From: an uncultured Clostridium sp. | Lineage (GTDB): Bacteria > Bacillota > Clostridia > TANB77 > CAG-508 | Reading direction: 5' to 3' | Assembly (NCBI GenBank): GCA_902461935.1 | Contig: CABPZP010000005.1 | Coordinates: forward strand, 4,054 to 68,053 | Length of the DNA: 64,000 nucleotides | In this document: positions 60,239-64,000 of the stretch, piece after piece | Layout of the letters: each line of letters opens with the position of its first letter | How positions within the stretch are numbered: position 1 is the first letter of the stretch | Made by a program: the position numbers and the translations under genes | The notes under the pieces: generated by a model | Seen by the model: the letters and a program-made list of their open reading frames with translations, nothing else | The model's database searches: none | Told to the model about the DNA's origin: nothing

Positions 60239-61336
60239 ATGGTTTTAGATATGAATTATTGGATTAAAGTCTTAAAAAGAGTTGCAGTTTTAGCTATTTC
60301 AGTTGTTCTAGTATTTTTAAGCTTTAAACTTGCAATTTTTTATATGCCTTTTTTGGTGGCTTTTATAATTTCACTTATTATAGAACCAGTTATTAGAGGA
60401 ATAATGAAACACACAAAACTTTCTAGAAAGGCAAGTTCAATAATTGTCTTTATTATATCTCTTGGAATTATAATTGGACTTTTGGTGTGGGGAATAGCTA
60501 CCCTAATTTCAGAAGCTAGTGGATTATTACATAATTTTAATGAATATGTAGATAAAGGTTATAATTTAGTTCAGCAAATTATGAATGATGTTGATTATGA
60601 AAAACTACATTTATCAGATGATGTAATAAATACAATTCAAAGTTCAGCATACGAATTTTTAAATACAGCAGCAGGTTGGTTAAAAACAGGTGTTACAAAA
60701 TTTATGGGAGTTATAACATCAATTCCAGCAATAGCTATTTATACTATTATAACAATACTTGCATTGTATTTTATATGCACAGAAAAAATTTATATAATAG
60801 ACCAGTTAGAACATCATTTACCTAAAAAATGGACAGTTTCAATAGGTACACACTTGAAAGATTTAACTAAAACATTAGGAGGATATTTAAAAGCACAGGT
60901 TACATTAATATTAATATCTTTTGTAATATGTTTAATAGGACTTTCTATATTTAGTTTAGCAGGTATGAATGTAGCCTTTCCTTTAATGGCAGCACTTGGA
61001 ATTGCATTTGTAGATGCATTGCCAATTCTTGGTTCAGGAACAGCAATGGTACCTTGGGCAATTATTTCAGCAATACAAGGCGATATAAAATTAGCGATTT
61101 GTATTATAGTGTTATATTTAGTAATGACAGGAACAAGACAATTTATAGAACCAAAAATTGTAAGTGGAAAAATAGGAATCCACCCAATATTTACTTTACT
61201 TGCAATGTACACTGGATTTAAATTTATAGGTGTACTTGGAATGCTTGTAGGACCAATAGTTTTAATTATCTTGAAAAATATATATGCAACAGTAATAGAG
61301 AACGGAATATTTAAAACAATAATGGATGAGGAATAA
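60239..61336 (+). CDS. AI-2E family transporter (YtvI-like sporulation membrane protein)
   Basis: 365 aa, eight TM helices, overall pattern of the AI-2E/PerM family; RBS AGGAGG. Confidence 0.7.
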   Translation: MVLDMNYWIKVLKRVAVLAISVVLVFLSFKLAIFYMPFLVAFIISLIIEPVIRGIMKHTKLSRKASSIIVFIISLGIIIGLLVWGIATLISEASGLLHNFNEYVDKGYNLVQQIMNDVDYEKLHLSDDVINTIQSSAYEFLNTAAGWLKTGVTKFMGVITSIPAIAIYTIITILALYFICTEKIYIIDQLEHHLPKKWTVSIGTHLKDLTKTLGGYLKAQVTLILISFVICLIGLSIFSLAGMNVAFPLMAALGIAFVDALPILGSGTAMVPWAIISAIQGDIKLAICIIVLYLVMTGTRQFIEPKIVSGKIGIHPIFTLLAMYTGFKFIGVLGMLVGPIVLIILKNIYATVIENGIFKTIMDEE

Positions 61337-61343
61337 AATATAA

Positions 61344-61384
61344 AAAGCAATAATTTCTTAATTTTGAAATTATTGCTTTTTTAT
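61344..61384. terminator. bidirectional terminator hairpin
   Basis: AAAGCAATAATTTC…GAAATTATTGCTTT plus T-run, between convergent genes. Confidence 0.7.
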
Positions 61385-61385
61385 T

Positions 61386-61928
61386 TTATAATTCAGCAGA
61401 GGTTTGGATGTAACTGTCGTCTGGTGGACTTACTTTTTGTTTATCACAATTAGGTGTTTCTTCAATTTCATCAATTTTTATTACTGGGATTTCTCCGTGA
61501 TAATTTCCTTTTGTTATTTCTCCAGATATATGTACCCATGTTCCATCTCCTAAATTTTTTGCTTCTTTGCTTTCACATAAAAAGCCGATAACAACGGTTT
61601 GATTATCTGGACTAATTATCATATCTCTTGCAAGTACAAATTGATTTTCATCAAAATCGTAAACTCTATAAATATAGCCAGTAAAACTAATTTTTTTTCC
61701 TACAAAGTTATCTACATTTTCATGAACATTTTTTAATACATTAGAGTAGTTTTCAGGACTAATTTCACTTGGTTCTGAAGATTTTGAATTGGAAAATCCA
61801 TCAGATTTTGCCATATGAACTATTTTATAAATTGAAAAAATAAATATGCAAATTACTATAATTGAAATAAAACTTCCAATTATTTTAAAGGTTTTTGTAC
61901 CATTAATTTTAAAATTATAAATAAACAT
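61386..61928 (-). CDS. hypothetical membrane-anchored protein
   Basis: N-terminal TM helix then an exported domain of about 140 aa; RBS GGCGGTG. Confidence 0.35.
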   Translation of the reverse strand: MFIYNFKINGTKTFKIIGSFISIIVICIFIFSIYKIVHMAKSDGFSNSKSSEPSEISPENYSNVLKNVHENVDNFVGKKISFTGYIYRVYDFDENQFVLARDMIISPDNQTVVIGFLCESKEAKNLGDGTWVHISGEITKGNYHGEIPVIKIDEIEETPNCDKQKVSPPDDSYIQTSAEL

Positions 61929-62179
61929 ACATACACCGCCTATCTTTTTTAAATATATTCTAATAATAAAGAAATATGATTAAATGATATATAACCTAAA
62001 AAATAGGTTGATATAGAAGTCCTACTACAAAAAAATAATAAATTATTTTATATTTTGAATTATATTTACGATAATTTCCAAAAATATTATAAAAAAACAA
62101 TATTTTCTATTGCATAAAAAAATATTTAATGATATAGTACATTTGTAAATTTTTATTAATAATGGGAGGCACAAAACCA

Positions 62180-64000
62180 ATGAAATTATTCAAATCATAC
62201 AGTGAAAAAGAGGTAAAAAGAGTTAAACCATTAGTAGACAAAATAAATGGTTTAGAAGATGAATTTATGAAATTAACAGATGCTGAATTAAAGGCAAAAA
62301 CAGATTATTTTAAGAAACAATTAAAAGATGGTAAAACATTAGACGATATATTACCAGAAGCTTTTGCAACTGTTAGAGAAGCTTCTAAAAGAGTTCTAGG
62401 AATGAGACATTTCGATGTGCAATTAATAGGTGGAATTATACTTCATCAAGGTAGAATTGCAGAAATGAAAACAGGTGAAGGAAAAACATTAGTTGCTACA
62501 CTTCCAGTTTATTTAAATGCATTAACAGGTAAAGGTGTTCATGTAATTACAGTTAACGATTACCTTGCTAAAAGAGATAGCGAATGGATGGGAAAAGTTT
62601 ATAAATTTTTAGGATTAACAGTTGGTTTAGTAATTGCAGGAATGAATCCAGCAGAAAAACAACAAGCATATAATTGCGATATAACATATGGTACAAACAA
62701 TGAATTTGGATTTGATTACTTAAGAGACAATATGGTTATATATAAAGACCAATTAGTTCAAAGAGGACTAAATTATGCTATTGTCGATGAAATTGATAGT
62801 ATCTTAATAGATGAGGCTCGTACACCATTAATTATTTCAGGTAGAGCAAATAAATCATCAGATTTATACAAAAAAGCAGACAGTTTTGTTAGAAAATTAC
62901 ATGCAAAAGAAATAATTGAAGAAGATGTTAAAGATTTTGATCAAGCAGAAGATAACGAAAATTATGACTACATAGTTGACTTAAAAGCAAAATCTGCATC
63001 ACTTACACAAAAAGGTATTAAAAAAGCTGAAGAAGAATTTGGATTAGAAAACTTTAATGATATAGAAAACTCTGAAATTGTTCATAACGTTAACCAAGCA
63101 CTACGTGCACATGGTATTATGAAAAAAGATATAGACTACATTGTAAAAGATGGAGAAGTTTTAATTGTAGATGAATTTACTGGACGTATTATGTATGGTA
63201 GAAGATACAATAATGGACTTCACCAAGCTATTGAAGCAAAAGAAAGAGTAAAAATAGCAGATGAATCAAAAACACTTGCAACAATAACATTCCAAAATTA
63301 TTTTAGAATGTATGATAAACTTTCTGGAATGACTGGTACAGCTATGACAGAAGAAGGAGAATTTCAAGAAATATACAATTTAGATGTTGTAGAAATTCCA
63401 ACAAACAAACCAATGGCAAGAAAAGATAATGTTGATATTATCTATAAAAATGAAGATGCAAAATTTAGAGCAGTTGTAGAAGATGTTAAAAAAAGCTATG
63501 GAAAAGGACAACCAGTTCTAATTGGTACAGTATCAATCGAAAAATCAGAAAAATTAAGCAAAATTTTAACTCAAAACAGAATTAAACACGTTGTATTAAA
63601 TGCTAAATTCCATGAACAAGAAGCTGAAATAATAGCTCAAGCTGGTAAATTAGGTGCAGTTACAATAGCAACAAATATGGCTGGTCGTGGTACAGATATT
63701 ATGCTTGGTGGAAATAGTGAATATTTAGCAAAACAAGAAATGAAAAAACAAAAATATTCAGAAGAATTAATAGAACAAGCAACAGCTTATAATGAAACAG
63801 ATGACCAAGAAATATTAGGTGCAAGAAAGAAATTCAAAGAATTACAAGATAAATTTGAAAAAGATATTTCAGTAGAAAAAGAAAAAGTAATTGCAGCTGG
63901 TGGTTTAAAAATAATTGGTACAGAAAGACACGAATCAAGAAGAATTGATAACCAATTAAGAGGACGTAGTGGACGTCAAGGAGATGTTGGTGAATCTAGA
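62180..64000 (+). CDS. secA: preprotein translocase ATPase SecA (5' part; continues beyond the window)
   Basis: [15 protein letters not shown]…, Walker [19 protein letters not shown]-like motor and preprotein cross-linking domains; RBS GGGAGG. Confidence 0.95.
   Translation, partial: MKLFKSYSEKEVKRVKPLVDKINGLEDEFMKLTDAELKAKTDYFKKQLKDGKTLDDILPEAFATVREASKRVLGMRHFDVQLIGGIILHQGRIAEMKTGEGKTLVATLPVYLNALTGKGVHVITVNDYLAKRDSEWMGKVYKFLGLTVGLVIAGMNPAEKQQAYNCDITYGTNNEFGFDYLRDNMVIYKDQLVQRGLNYAIVDEIDSILIDEARTPLIISGRANKSSDLYKKADSFVRKLHAKEIIEEDVKDFDQAEDNENYDYIVDLKAKSASLTQKGIKKAEEEFGLENFNDIENSEIVHNVNQALRAHGIMKKDIDYIVKDGEVLIVDEFTGRIMYGRRYNNGLHQAIEAKERVKIADESKTLATITFQNYFRMYDKLSGMTGTAMTEEGEFQEIYNLDVVEIPTNKPMARKDNVDIIYKNEDAKFRAVVEDVKKSYGKGQPVLIGTVSIEKSEKLSKILTQNRIKHVVLNAKFHEQEAEIIAQAGKLGAVTIATNMAGRGTDIMLGGNSEYLAKQEMKKQKYSEELIEQATAYNETDDQEILGARKKFKELQDKFEKDISVEKEKVIAAGGLKIIGTERHESRRIDNQLRGRSGRQGDVGESR

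Noticed and set aside
1-64000. CRISPR array or cas genes
   Set aside because: No run of regularly spaced direct repeats of 24-48 bp was found. The TGTAGGGG hairpins are irregularly spaced (from 100 bp to tens of kb apart) and have no uniform spacers.

Overview
The window is a 64 kb AT-rich chromosomal segment (GC looks about 27-28% by eye) from a low-GC anaerobe that looks Clostridia-like. Supporting this are a type A RNase P RNA, whiA, a ytvI-like AI-2E gene, pta-ackA and a murD/mreB cell-wall set. Almost all genes are on the + strand and most are housekeeping: pta-ackA, rumA-type methyltransferase, murD, galE, efp, cysE, uvrA, pyk, mreB, deoB, prmC, whiA, hemW, rplU-rpmA, rnpB, polA and secA, plus two tRNA-Leu genes. 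Several accessory or decaying islets are embedded in this backbone. (1) A decay hotspot next to a tRNA-Leu (7.8-12 kb) holds a fused ABC-transporter pseudogene, a 330-bp 3' duplication of zupT and a 17-bp direct repeat. (2) A dispersed family of GC-rich hairpins led by TGTAGGGG occurs throughout; a roughly 160-bp composite version of it directly flanks the galE-efp-orf block. (3) A cluster of nucleotide house-cleaning genes contains a peptide-deformylase::HD-domain fusion and a frameshifted rdgB. (4) A MazF-like toxin has an N-terminal extension and a small upstream partner ORF. (5) Two paralogous surface proteins share a conserved, degenerate type-IV-pilin-like N-terminal segment and carry lectin-type C-terminal domains; one copy is broken by two frameshifts. 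(6) There is an IS4-like transposase remnant and a MITE-like inverted-repeat element. (7) A pair resembling DUF3990/DUF3791 (recalled from memory, needs an HMM search), a membrane-protein plus coiled-coil two-gene unit and a stand-alone radical SAM gene are also present. No CRISPR array, rRNA or intact prophage was seen. All calls are from reading the sequence and the ORF track; no database search was possible.
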